From assembly GCA_000091205.1 (NCBI GenBank), contig AP006502.2: DNA of 64,000 nucleotides, one strand, 5' to 3'. Positions within the stretch are counted from its first letter, which is position 1. Each line of letters begins with the position of its first letter. The position numbers were made by a program, and so were the translations under genes. A model generated the notes under the pieces. That model searched no databases, had not been told where the DNA came from, and was given only the letters and a program-made list of their open reading frames with translations. This stretch comes from Cyanidioschyzon merolae (lineage: Eukaryota). Below, in pieces: positions 12,529 to 23,635 of this stretch.

Positions 12529-13084
12529 TTGACATAGCAGAGCGCTGCCTATGCTGCGACGATATCGAGCTTTCCGCGGAGAACGCAGTGACGTATGCGT
12601 CCGCGTAGATAGCCTCCCCCTTGCGCCTAGTCGCGGCTCGCAGGCAACAGAAGCTCCACTGATGGTCCCATGCTTGAGCATCAGCATGGCTGGAGCGTTT
12701 CTTCTCCAAACTGTCCATTCCGATACGAAGCAGGGGTTGCAGTGCCGGCGCCTGTGCGGCACTCGCGGAGACTCCAGACGTGGCGAGCGACTCGCGTCAC
12801 TACCGAACACCGAAACAAGAGCTGTCTGGAAGACGTACGCGCGACCCGTCGCCTCACTGCTTGGTTTCAGGTTCATTTTATGCACAGCAAACTCGTGGAA
12901 GCAAACATACCGGTGAGGTTGCGCTGCGTCAACCTGCAACGATCCGGGCGGTGCAAGTGCACCGCGTGCTCTGCTGACCCCGTTGGCACCTTTCTCTCGC
13001 CCTGTTCGCACTGATGCGAGCATCTTCGGGTATATGCCTGATCAGGCACACGATATCAGGTACAGCACGGAGATTGCTTCACAT

Positions 13085-13100
13085 GCACACACACACACAC
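13085..13100. repeat. (CA)n microsatellite in the CofD/hydrolase divergent intergenic region
   Basis: cacacacacacacaca; (ACC)n follows at 13531-13548. Confidence 0.9.
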
Positions 13101-13651
13101 AAACTGGAGCCTGCGCACCCGAGGCAAAGCCGACGAACCCACCAGCTAACGCTCCTCGGATAACAACACGTGCTGAAGCGGGCTCGCTCGCTGAGTCTTG
13201 CCAACCAATGCGCACGCGATTCTGTTGGAACACCACTCCGCACGGACCAGTCTGGTACGGAATAGTGGACGCTCCCGCGGGTGCCGCTGACAAGCGCCCA
13301 GGCGAGGTTCACTGGTTCGCGTAAAAGCGATTCTGCGTCCCGCAAAACAAACCGAAAAGAAAGGACAGAACACCACACTGCTTCAGAAAGAGCCTTCAGT
13401 GACGAACCATGCTGGAAGCACGCTCTTCATAATAACTGATGAATCATAAAAAGCGCCTTAAAGCTAACGATACACGGAGACAAACAGGTATGGGGGTCGG
13501 ACGCTCAGCCGGCGCCCTCGACGGGGGGCCACCACCACCACCACCACCCCCAAAGCCTCCGGTGGTGTGCTCAAAACGCACTCTCTTTCGTGCCAGAGCG
13601 CATAACCGGTAGCACCTAAGCGCGTACCCTCCAAGAGATGGTCAAGTTTTC

Positions 13652-14941
13652 ATGAATATTTTGGCTGGGGTACTCTGGGTTCTGGGTTCTGGCTTCAAAG
13701 CTCTTCTTTTGTGCAGCGTCTTGGCACTGAGCCTCGCTTTCTGCAGCGCTGCGCTCTATGTTAGCCATCGGATAGCGTTCCCCCCGTGGCACGATCCTCG
13801 CCCTGGATCGTCAAGTTTAACCCAAAAGCGGATGCCAGAGGCCTGGGCTGGTTTCACACTTGATCCCTATACCTCGCTGGGTCTCCAGTTTGAGTCGGTC
13901 GCGTTCCGGAGTCGCTCTGGCAGATGGCTCCGAGGCTGGTGGGTACCCGCTCCCGTTGAGCCGCCAGCACCCATAGGCGTCGTCTGCGTCCACGGTGGTG
14001 GCAGGGACCGACGTGCATTCATGCGGCAGAGCGTACTCTTTCATCGGAGAGGGTGGTCAGTCTTACTTTTTGATTGCACGGGACACGGTACTTCTGATGC
14101 ACGTCACCGATTTCCTTTGGGTGCTTGGCCAGGAGCGGCTATCACCTACGGAACGCTGGAGTGGAGTGACGTCATTGATGCGCTACGCTACACGTATGAG
14201 CGTATACGAGAGCAGGCTCAAAGAAGCGCTGCTGCTTCCTCTGTGCGTATTCGCGTGGCACTCGTGGGCACCAGTCAAGGTGCCGTGAGTGCTGCATACG
14301 CCGCTGCCTACCTGACGAGGCGCTTCGAGCAGGGTGACGGCGCAGCTTGTCCACCTGTGGATGTGCTGGTTCTCGAGAATCCGTTCACGAGTCCATTAGC
14401 ACTGTTTGCCCATCTGGCCAGTCACGTGGCGATGCCAGTGGCTCGCTACGGATCTCGTTGGTGCTTCCTTCGCCATGTGGTCCGTTTTTGGGTCATGACC
14501 TGCACCACATTAGCGCTCTTCCGAACGGGAAATGTAGCCTTGACGTGTCGTATGCTGGCAAAAGCATGCGAGCGAGAAGGTCAACCTTACAGGTGTGCGT
14601 GGTGGCAAGGCATCGCTACCCTCGGGCAGCTGTTATCGGTATCGTTGTCGTTGTCGTCGTCGTCGTCGTCGTCGTCTCGAGAGACGCCTCCAGCTGGCGG
14701 TTTCGATTCTGTGGCGGAGGCAGTTCAGGCGTTGAAGTGCCCAGTTTTCTTTATGCATGGAATGAAAGATTGGATCGTACCGTACAAGCATTCAGTACAG
14801 CTCTATAAGGCAGCTAATGAGCCGAAAGAGCTCTGGCTGAGTGCTGAAGCGGGTCACACGATGATGTATCACTGTGAGCCGGATACCTTTGAAACGCGAG
14901 TTTGTGGTTTTATGGAGAGGTACTTGAGGGGATCGATGTGA
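13652..14941 (+). CDS. alpha/beta-hydrolase fold protein with N-terminal TM segment
   Basis: 429-aa ORF with ATG at 13652. Hydrophobic N-terminus; 'VCVHGGGRDRRAF...GWSVLLFDCTGHGTSD'; nucleophile elbow G-T-S-Q-G ('VGTSQGAVSAAYAAA'); 'FFMHGMKDWIVPY'; C-terminal catalytic His context ('AGHTMMY'). Ser8 run encoded by (GTC)n at 14641-14677. Confidence 0.75.
   Translation: MNILAGVLWVLGSGFKALLLCSVLALSLAFCSAALYVSHRIAFPPWHDPRPGSSSLTQKRMPEAWAGFTLDPYTSLGLQFESVAFRSRSGRWLRGWWVPAPVEPPAPIGVVCVHGGGRDRRAFMRQSVLFHRRGWSVLLFDCTGHGTSDARHRFPLGAWPGAAITYGTLEWSDVIDALRYTYERIREQAQRSAAASSVRIRVALVGTSQGAVSAAYAAAYLTRRFEQGDGAACPPVDVLVLENPFTSPLALFAHLASHVAMPVARYGSRWCFLRHVVRFWVMTCTTLALFRTGNVALTCRMLAKACEREGQPYRCAWWQGIATLGQLLSVSLSLSSSSSSSSRETPPAGGFDSVAEAVQALKCPVFFMHGMKDWIVPYKHSVQLYKAANEPKELWLSAEAGHTMMYHCEPDTFETRVCGFMERYLRGSM
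14641..14677. repeat. (GTC)n coding microsatellite (poly-Ser in the hydrolase)
   Basis: atcgttgtcgttgtcgtcgtcgtcgtcgtcgtcgtc. Confidence 0.95.
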
Positions 14942-16354
14942 GCGATGCTATCTCTCCAACACCGGTAGGATCACGAGCATCGTACTCTATTTTGTTTTTG
15001 ACGAGACCACGTCAGCGCTCTTGTGCTGCCAACAGGAGACATATCGCTGCGGATCCTTTGCGAACTCGCTGTCTACAGTAAGGCTGAGGTGTTCAATGCA
15101 CTGGAGCGTAGCGAAAAGGAGGCGCTATCATTGGATTGTCGCTGGAGCTTGTCGGAAAGAATAATGTGCTTTTCCTGGATCCAGACGAGATTTAGTTGCG
15201 CACTTTGCAAGCGACCATTTCGAGTTTGCACTTTTGCCGATGTTCTGAGTCTTCTACGTCCAGCAGCAAAGTTCGAGCAGAGCGCGGGTCGGGTCGGAAC
15301 GCTAACAGCCCGCACCCTGCCGCACTCGACGAACGAAACTGCGCAGCTGAGGTGCTTTTATGAAAGCACGTCTCCCATAAATAGTTGATGTTGTCGGACG
15401 ATTGGTAGTCAGCGTTTCTACTCCGATAAAGTGTTGACGTGACACGCGGGGCGCCATAGTACGCGGGGCGCTCGCAAAGACCTCTGTCTTGGCTGGTGCT
15501 CGCATGCGATGTTGAGCATCGTGTATGCTTGTTATCCGGAAATTGCCCTTATTACTTGGATCGCCTCGCTTGCACAAAACATAGCGTCAGTCTCCGCACC
15601 AACCGATTTCAGGAGACGTGTCTGCACAGCAGCAGGCTCTGGCCGCAGCACGTCGGACACCGTCCCTTGCAAACTGGAAGGCACGCCTTCCGGACTTCGA
15701 ATGCTAGCCCAGCAACGTCCATTCTGTGTCACTGGAGTTTGGAATAAGCTATATCGCTCCGTTTGGCATCCTTGAACGTGAGAGTAGCCTTGGGACGCTC
15801 GGCTTCGTGAGCAATGTCCGCCTCGAGCCTTTGGCACGTGACAAGAAGAAAGCCACTGCAATCAGAGTGCCAACGAAGACAGGTTTACTCTGGAATAGGG
15901 CATACCGCTTCCTGTAGTCTCTGAATACAGCCGGTTGCACTTCCTGGTATCGAGTATAAGACTAGTCTGTGCTGAAAACGAGGAATACAAAGCAGCGGGG
16001 TACTCGGTTGCAAGGAAACGTTTCTCGCCCAAACGATTCTGCACGTTACATGAGGCTTCGGGTCGAGCACAACGCTGCGCTTCAACGCAACGCGTTGACT
16101 CTTTTTCCAGACTTTTGTTGCCGTTCTTGTTGCTGTTGCTGTGCGGCACTTGGGTGTAGGAAAAGTGGACAGTACCCTTCATAGGTACACGCAAGTTCAT
16201 TTTTCAAACTTCTGACGAGAAGACTCGTAACAAGTTTGGAGTGCGCTGGACTTGTGTGCTGCTGCGGACGGAACGCTACGAGTCGCGCGTAACGCGTTGC
16301 CTGCACCGTCGTGTGCTGGAAGTGTTGAACGTGTTGGACGTGTTTGCACCCACA

Positions 16355-17542
16355 ATGACGGATAGACAACTGTACTGGGGGCCAGGGCAAAGTCCCGCGG
16401 ATGTATCCGTGCAAGTCGTAGCGGTTCGGGAGAACGGCGGAGCCATTAGCGACGATTCCGATGTCGAGTTTGTGGGAGAGTGGCAAACAGAGCCCACGAC
16501 CGCTGCTGCCTGCTCGCTCATAGAACCCGACACTATGGTGCTAAGCGAGCGACCGAGCACCAGTGGTCCCGATGCGAGGCTGGCGTCAACACAGCTGCAA
16601 CCTGGCCGACGAAGACGGCGCTCAACAGCGCAGGCTACTGCCATTCGAACGGTGCCTCCAGAACATGGGCCTGGCATGGCACCGGGTGGCAACCGACGAC
16701 AACGCACCGTATACCAGCGAATCTATCGACGTCTGCGTGAGCTTGCAGGGAATCGTCGCGAAGTGAGCAGCAGCCGACGGAACGATTCTGTGATTGCGCT
16801 ACCGAGTAGCGCGACATTCCTGGAATCGCTAGAGCCGTTTTTCTCCGGCGAGGGATGGACCTTAGAGACACTCACATCTATACCGCTATCCACTGATGCA
16901 CTGGATGCGACAGTGGAGCCCACCTGGAGTCCAGCATCAGCGGCTCTCGATGAGCACAACCGCAGCAGCAGCACCAACAACAACAACAACAACAATAACG
17001 CAATAGCGCCCTGGAACGCAACCTCGACGCGACGAGTAGTTCGATCGGGTCGAAGCTCTCGGCGAACGTCACGTCAACAGCACTGGGCAGTCGCCATGTT
17101 GAACTCATTCCTACAACCGAGCTTCGATTCATTGCCTTCACCACGACCGAACCCGTGCCCCCGAGCGCTGGTAGAATTGCTCCCTCTCCAGACGGCTACT
17201 GAGCGTGAAGAGTCGGATGCTTGCCCGATTTGCCTCAGTAATTATGAGCGAGGCGAGCGTTTACGACGTCTACCCTGCCTGCATTTGTTTCACAGAACTT
17301 GTATTGACCGTTGGTTTTCCAAACAGAATTCGTGCCCGGTCGACAAAATGAGCGTCGCGGATGGGTTTACGGATGAATGCGCTCAGAGCAAGCTGCAGGC
17401 CCTTGGCGTATCCAACGACGAGGCAACTGCCTGCAGCTCGGGTGTGTTTCATCCGGGCGTTGAGGCTCCATCTGACACAGTCGAGGCATTGATGTCACCG
17501 CCGAGACGTCGTCAACGAGTTCGACAACGTCGCCTGTCGTGA
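16355..17542 (+). CDS. RING-H2 finger protein (putative E3 ubiquitin ligase)
   Basis: 433-aa ORF 16241..17542 that starts at GTG in the track; the first ATG is 16355 (MTDRQLYW). C-terminal 'CPICLSNYERGERLRRLPCLHLFHRTCIDRWFSKQNSCPVD' has C3H2C3-type spacing. Poly-Asn run encoded by (CAA)n at 16975-17000. Confidence 0.75.
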   Translation: MTDRQLYWGPGQSPADVSVQVVAVRENGGAISDDSDVEFVGEWQTEPTTAAACSLIEPDTMVLSERPSTSGPDARLASTQLQPGRRRRRSTAQATAIRTVPPEHGPGMAPGGNRRQRTVYQRIYRRLRELAGNRREVSSSRRNDSVIALPSSATFLESLEPFFSGEGWTLETLTSIPLSTDALDATVEPTWSPASAALDEHNRSSSTNNNNNNNNAIAPWNATSTRRVVRSGRSSRRTSRQQHWAVAMLNSFLQPSFDSLPSPRPNPCPRALVELLPLQTATEREESDACPICLSNYERGERLRRLPCLHLFHRTCIDRWFSKQNSCPVDKMSVADGFTDECAQSKLQALGVSNDEATACSSGVFHPGVEAPSDTVEALMSPPRRRQRVRQRRLS

Positions 17543-18535
17543 GCGGATTCGCGACCAGTGCCTTTCGAGCTCTGTGACGCGACCTCAGTATCTAGTTAGT
17601 CGATGTGGTTGCCGGGGCGGAATGAAGCGCCCGAGGAGGACCAATCATTCCGCGTTCAGAGCGGGGGCGAAGGAGAAGGATAGGCTGCATACACAGGAGG
17701 GATGTTCGAAAGCGGAATTGCAGATCCTTTAGATTGCTCCCGTCTTTTCGTTGACATGAAGGCTCGGGCGGTATGCAGTTGTCAGGGCGTGCACGCTCTT
17801 CGCAGCAGCACAGAGGATCTTGGAAACATACGACACCGATGTCACGATGAATTGTGACAGGTCCCCGAACTCGGACGTGCACGCTAGGGTTTTGGTTTCT
17901 TCGCACTGTCATCGACACAAGTTATTGCAGAGTTTCTCGAATACTGCTGTATGTTTCTCCCTCTGGTCTTCAGCGACCGATACGCTGGTTTCAGCTGTTC
18001 CTCCCGCTCTGTTGTCATTAGTCTGCGGAGGTTGGTGGTAGCGTTAAAGCGGCACTTTCGGAGCTTCCGGCTGCAGTCGACGCATCTCATCTGTAGGTAG
18101 TCGTTGCGATCTACGCTTCAATTACCGTTGTCATCTTGTTTCCGGATACGCTCGGTGCGCCCTTGGCAGCGGTCGCACTAGACCGTGTCCAGGTATTCCA
18201 ATCCGTTCATGACAGCACCGCTGCCGCCGAGACCCGCCGTTTGCCTCATGAACGCTCGCTTTGTCGCACGGGATACATACGTTTTATGAGTACAGATTGC
18301 CACCGTCGATAAGCGCCTGCATTTCTGCGCCCGATAGCGTACCCTACGCTCACGGACTTGTACAGGAAGATCCCATCAGAGCGAACTCTGTCCGCTTCGC
18401 GTGCAAGCGGATGTTTTTCCATTTGATGTAGGAGCCGTGGAATGCGATGTTGTCCAGGATGGTCCAGGCACCGGAAGCACAATCCAGATCGGAGGCCAAG
18501 TCGAAAACTGCGCATCTGTACACGCTCTCTATGCC

Positions 18536-19051
18536 TCAAGTGGTGTTGCAGTCTCCATGGGAGGCGATCGCCGCGATGACTACAATCTGGGTCCAAGCCT
18601 GCTTTCCATCCAAGCCGAAGAGACACGAGCCTTCTGGAGACAGATCTCGTGCAAGGTATGATGCCAGTGTCGACACTCTGATGTGCTCAATGGGCCGAGG
18701 ATGTCCCACGACCATGGAGGCTACATAACTATCCGCCCGCAGGTGCCTTCCAGCCATTTCGGACCGGACCGCTGTTATCGGTTTCAGTTTATTCAGGCAC
18801 ATTTCAAGTCTGAAAGGCTGTACATCCAAGTTGGATCGCGTCAGCTCCTCGGGTCTCGTCTTCAGGAACGCACCTTGTCTGGTATGGATGGTGGCGTTGA
18901 AGACTCGCTGCGCGAACGCCATGCATTTCCTGCCTCTGGTTGAACTCGTGAATGCAAGGAGTCGTAGAACTGGTCCGCTGTGTTCCATTTGGTGCTGTGC
19001 CAGCTCCCCGTGATTCTCTATTGCCTGAGCGCCCAGCTGGCTTCTCACCAT
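18536..19051 (-). CDS. hypothetical protein (171-aa ORF)
   Basis: ORF only; the surrounding 18.2-19.1 kb has open frames on both strands. No recognisable motif. Confidence 0.15.
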   Translation of the reverse strand: MVRSQLGAQAIENHGELAQHQMEHSGPVLRLLAFTSSTRGRKCMAFAQRVFNATIHTRQGAFLKTRPEELTRSNLDVQPFRLEMCLNKLKPITAVRSEMAGRHLRADSYVASMVVGHPRPIEHIRVSTLASYLARDLSPEGSCLFGLDGKQAWTQIVVIAAIASHGDCNTT

Positions 19052-20617
19052 CTGGACCTTCTCAAGTGAAGGCCCAAGCTCACCCCATAGATTTTCTGAA
19101 ATGAAAGCACTTGTTTATGCCCTTAGGTGGAGATCGCCCAGGAAGGAGGCGGACTTGCGGAAGAAAGACAACATGTGTCCCGGTGGGTCATCGTGTGCTG
19201 GACGCTTCAGCGATTCGCTCAATGGAGCGATCATAATGCTTTACGATAGAAAACGTCCCTTCGATAGGTTCTCATCAAGGTGAGAATGGTGGAACGAAAA
19301 GCAGCTCTACCCACATAGAAGCGGAAAAGCTCGAGGGCAAGGAGAATGGAGAAATGCCACATCATCGAATAGAAGGACGTCATCAGACGTCAGCGGAAAA
19401 GTCGTCGATGATTCGACAATGTGGGTGCTGTTGTATGAGGCTTCTCTATAAGCCAAACTCGGGCTGCCAAATAAATCCACTGCAGCTAGAACAGATGATG
19501 ATGTCATCATTATCTTTGATTTCGATCAAACATGCAACGGGTTCCCTGCTCCACGAATACCCATATACGCTCCGACTGTTTCATCCGAGGCAAGTCTCAT
19601 CGACTGGAAAACAAACCGACGCTCCTGTGGTTCATACCAATGGTGACGCTCCAGGTAGGCTCTAGTTGCGGTTTCGGTGGAAGATGGCCGTGGCTGAACT
19701 AGGACTCTTTTTTGCGACTGTATTCCGGTCTTTCGAGGAGCATACGAACAAGCTGGTGAGAAACAGAGACGCCCTTGGCGGCTGCTATCGTCGCCTCTGC
19801 TTTCGGTAAAGTCATCAAAAGGCCGTTTTTCTACCGTTGACCGCAAGTGCTTCCTGGAAATATCCTTTTTTAATGCGAAGCGCATACGCCGCATTCTTTC
19901 TGCGTTCCTCAGCCATCTGCGTACGTTGGTATGCCTGCACTTAAGGAGGAATGCAGTTCTCCATGCACCGTTCAGTTAAGCGCATATCCTACATGAAATT
20001 TGTCTACGATCTAAAGCGTCCACGGCGTGGCGGTATCGATCGCCACCCAGACATCGCGGATCGGGTGGAACCCCGTTGATTTCAAAGATTAAAAAGACAG
20101 CGTAGTTTGTCTTTCAAGCCACATCACTTCCTTCAATCCGAAACTTAAGTGAGCTCGGAAAATGAACCTGTGAACAAGCCTTCGTCGGACAATATCGAGT
20201 TTGTTTCGTCGTCATTCAAGCGGCGAGCTTCGGTGCGCTTACCACTTGCCTTGAAACAAAACAGACGACGGAAGATCCTGAAACCACGTAAGCATCCGTG
20301 AGCTCTTATGACTTTATTTCAAAATTAAAAACTGTACATCTCATAAACTGTTCAAAATTGAACTGATGAACGGGAGCAGAGCGATCAGTTCCGTCTTCGA
20401 TACTCATCGAACACAAGTGCAGAAGCCAAGGCAGGCGCCAGAGTCGCCAATACTGAACGCCTTGCGTCAACTGTCGCCGCCGACACCGAAGCTAAGCGTT
20501 GGGTGCTCACGAATGCTCACCAGTGCTAGCAAAGTTCGGGCTTCTTTTTTGTCTCTATTTTAGTCCCAGCCGACGACTTGTGCGTTGCGTACTGGCTAGA
20601 CACGCTGGAAGAAAGAC

Positions 20618-23600
20618 ATGGTCCAGGAGTACCCCGCTTGGGCGAGTTTCGGAACTGGTTGGCAGGGAGCCGGAGCGCTGGCCCCCACGGCAGCTGCCTT
20701 CATCTCGCAAGGACGACTTGTTTTGGTACCTCAAGGTCGCTCTCTAAACGTGTACCGCCACGGCTTAACTAGTTGGCCGGGATCGTCACCTTCAGAGACG
20801 ACCGGCACGGCACTGATCCTGCAGCGACGTCTTCAGGCGCACGAGGGGCGCGTCACCGGCGTCGACGTGCTCGCTCCAGTCAACGTCTTTCAAGCCGTGT
20901 CCGCCTCGTTGGATGGAACTTTGCGGGTATGGGACCTGGAAGAGGGTACGCTGCTGCGCACCATTGATTTGGGCGTGCCTTTATGGAGGTGTCTTGTGGA
21001 CTCCCAGCAAGGGCGCACTTGCTATGTGCTCGCGAGTGCCTCGGACGGCACTGCAGCTGCGCTTGCGATGAACTGGTCTGAGCGAGCTACCGTGTCACGA
21101 GCTCCTATTCAAACACAAGCCATAGGCCCGGAAGTTGACAGGCCGGTTCATATGGCAACTGCTGCCTCGTCGGATGCCGGTCCGGCGTCATCTGCCCAGC
21201 CTAGTGGTAGCAATGAGCGGAAACACCTCTCACGAGCAGCAGCTCGGGCCTGCTTTGTCGCTCGCGTTGACCTGCGTACGGGACGCTGGAAAACGTTGTT
21301 CCAACTGCCTTTTGGCGAGGCTTGTATGGATCTGAGCGCCGATGGACAACTGTTGGTGGCATCTAGCGGCAATCAGCTCTATGTTTGGCGCAGCGGGGCA
21401 CCAGGCGATGTGCGTCGCTGGGAGCACACCGGTGCTCCTGTGACTACACTGAGCATAGATGCCAAGCGGGAGCGTGTTGCAGTTGGCGATAGCAGTGGCG
21501 TCATCAGCGTGTACCAGTTGCAGTCTCTTTTCCAGTCCGTAGACTCCGAGCAAAAGCAGCATTCCCAGGGTGCACCGTTGCGACAGCGTTGGCACTGGCA
21601 CGCTCGTCCCGTGCGAGCGCTCTGCTTCGGTCCAGGTAGTAGTAGTACGACGCTCTTCTCCGGGGGTCACGAAGGCGTTCTGGTGGAGTGGCACCTGCAT
21701 CAAATCGGCAACCTGCAACCGACCAAGCGCTTCTATCCGCGACTGGGTGGCCCGATTCAAGGCATCGCTGTGGAGCCGCAGACCCAAACCGCAGCGCTAA
21801 CGCTCTATCCAGGAAGTCTGATCGTCGTACATCTGCCATCCTATTCGAGCCGGACTCTTTTAAGAACGGTGATCGCTCCGTTTCCCGGCAGTGACAGACA
21901 GGAGGCGGTGGCAAGCGAACTCCGCTCCGACGCCAAGACTCGGCCTGGGTCAGCGACACGTCAGGTTGGTGCCTCTCTAGATCCCATATTGAATGTCCAC
22001 TGTAGGATGCAGACCGTTTCCTTGATGCCGGCAGTTTGTCTGGCATCGAAGCCTGGCACAGTGGAACCTATGCTTGTGTACTCCAGTCCCGACGGAGCGC
22101 TTTGTGTGTACGACATCATTCGCGATAGCGTGACTGACGTATTGCGAGTAACGACAGCGCCTCCTGTCGCTATCGCTAGGAATCCGCGAGCGTACCCATT
22201 TGCCTTCCATCTGGACGAAAGCGGCTGTTTTCTCGTGACAAGCGAAGAGAAGACGCCTCTCGGGGAGCGATGGCTCAATATGGCATCCCTCGAAGCGCGG
22301 ACAAGTCGGCAAGTATGCCTCCGATTCTGGTGCATTCCCCCAGCAGCCGCAAAAGCATCGGTAACCGACACAAACGAAGCCGAGCTGCAACTGCGACCGT
22401 GCGAAAGCGTGACGCTCCTGCATCGCGACCCGCTGGTGCTTCTAGCGGTGCGGCACTCGCAGGCATTTTCTTTGGACTGTTCGGGAACCTGGGCGGTTTG
22501 GCAATGGACCCTTGGCAACGTCGCAGGAACGCCTGTGCAGGATACCTCGCAGGCGATCTGGTCTGTTCACGCATTCAGTACTACCAAACTGCGCTGTCCG
22601 GTGCGTTTGGTTGCGGCGCTGCTCACGAGAGACGCCTCCTTGTTGGTTACGCTCCGTGCAGATGGTGTCCTGCAGATCTTTGCGGTGCAGGAAACGCTCC
22701 AGCTTGTGCACCAGGAAGCTGTCTCGGAACTCGTGCATCATTTCTTGAGCTCGGGCGACGTCATCGGGGCCTCGCAAGCACCCCTGATGCAGCTCGATGC
22801 GTTGGAAGTCGTCGCATCCGGTCAACTGCTGATCAGTGTTCGAGGTGAACGAATGCCGCCCCAGCTGGTGGTATACGATATGGCTCGTGCACAAGTGCGA
22901 TGGCGCCTTGTCCTAGCCGCCGACGCTGTCGCCGCGCTGACACCAACAGCAGCACTGGCAACGCTCACGAACGAAGCCTCTATACCGATGGATGTGTTTG
23001 CCGTGGCGCTTGCGTCGATACCAGCGGTACTCCTGTTTCGAGCGCTCGGGGAACCGACCCCGATGGCAATATGGCGGTTGCCCAGCGGCACGAGACCCCG
23101 CATCCTGTTGACCCATCCGCTGGTGCCGTTGGCGGTGCTTGACGACGATGCGCATTTGCATCTTCCCGAAGGCCCGTTGGATCCGTTCGCCGAGGAGGAT
23201 ATGGCGGTGCTTCGGATGGCCTTGCTGACGCGTTCCCAGGAAGAGGCGTGGCGGGAATCGCAAGCGCCCAGCTGGTTTGAGCACCTGCCTACCGAGGACC
23301 CGCTGGAGCCTCCAAGAGTGCAAGTCTCGCCGCAAGTTCCCGTGGAATCGTTGTTAAGCGACACTGTGCCCGCGTTTATGTCGTTGGAAACGTGCCTGGA
23401 TGCACTGCTTGGGCATCCAGGGACGCAGATGCCGGCGTCACAGACAGCTGCTACGGTAGAGGAACCTGCGCAACTTTCTGTATCGTCTAGCGGAGCGCAG
23501 CGTTCGCTCCATAGTCCGCAAGAACCTCCAGAGTCTACGTTACATATTCCACTGGGACCTGAAGCGGTGGCGAACATCCTGGGAGGGCATGGAGCGCGCT

Positions 23601-23635
23601 TTCGACAACTTCGGCTGCAGCGACTCAGCGGTTAG
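20618..23635 (+). CDS. WD40-repeat protein (1005 aa), N-terminal beta-propeller plus long C-terminal region
   Basis: ATG at 20618. WD-type repeats such as 'HEGRVTGVDVL...SASLDGTLRVWDLEEG' and 'VAVGDSSGVISVYQLQS'. I cannot assign a specific family; a nucleolar UTP-type WD protein is possible. Confidence 0.7.
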   Translation: MVQEYPAWASFGTGWQGAGALAPTAAAFISQGRLVLVPQGRSLNVYRHGLTSWPGSSPSETTGTALILQRRLQAHEGRVTGVDVLAPVNVFQAVSASLDGTLRVWDLEEGTLLRTIDLGVPLWRCLVDSQQGRTCYVLASASDGTAAALAMNWSERATVSRAPIQTQAIGPEVDRPVHMATAASSDAGPASSAQPSGSNERKHLSRAAARACFVARVDLRTGRWKTLFQLPFGEACMDLSADGQLLVASSGNQLYVWRSGAPGDVRRWEHTGAPVTTLSIDAKRERVAVGDSSGVISVYQLQSLFQSVDSEQKQHSQGAPLRQRWHWHARPVRALCFGPGSSSTTLFSGGHEGVLVEWHLHQIGNLQPTKRFYPRLGGPIQGIAVEPQTQTAALTLYPGSLIVVHLPSYSSRTLLRTVIAPFPGSDRQEAVASELRSDAKTRPGSATRQVGASLDPILNVHCRMQTVSLMPAVCLASKPGTVEPMLVYSSPDGALCVYDIIRDSVTDVLRVTTAPPVAIARNPRAYPFAFHLDESGCFLVTSEEKTPLGERWLNMASLEARTSRQVCLRFWCIPPAAAKASVTDTNEAELQLRPCESVTLLHRDPLVLLAVRHSQAFSLDCSGTWAVWQWTLGNVAGTPVQDTSQAIWSVHAFSTTKLRCPVRLVAALLTRDASLLVTLRADGVLQIFAVQETLQLVHQEAVSELVHHFLSSGDVIGASQAPLMQLDALEVVASGQLLISVRGERMPPQLVVYDMARAQVRWRLVLAADAVAALTPTAALATLTNEASIPMDVFAVALASIPAVLLFRALGEPTPMAIWRLPSGTRPRILLTHPLVPLAVLDDDAHLHLPEGPLDPFAEEDMAVLRMALLTRSQEEAWRESQAPSWFEHLPTEDPLEPPRVQVSPQVPVESLLSDTVPAFMSLETCLDALLGHPGTQMPASQTAATVEEPAQLSVSSSGAQRSLHSPQEPPESTLHIPLGPEAVANILGGHGARFRQLRLQRLSG

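Noticed and set aside
18536-19200. Possible metallo-beta-lactamase-like protein on the minus strand ('PAHDDPPGH', 'SHGDC')
   Set aside because: The fragments are in different frames and do not match the HxHxDH motif spacing.
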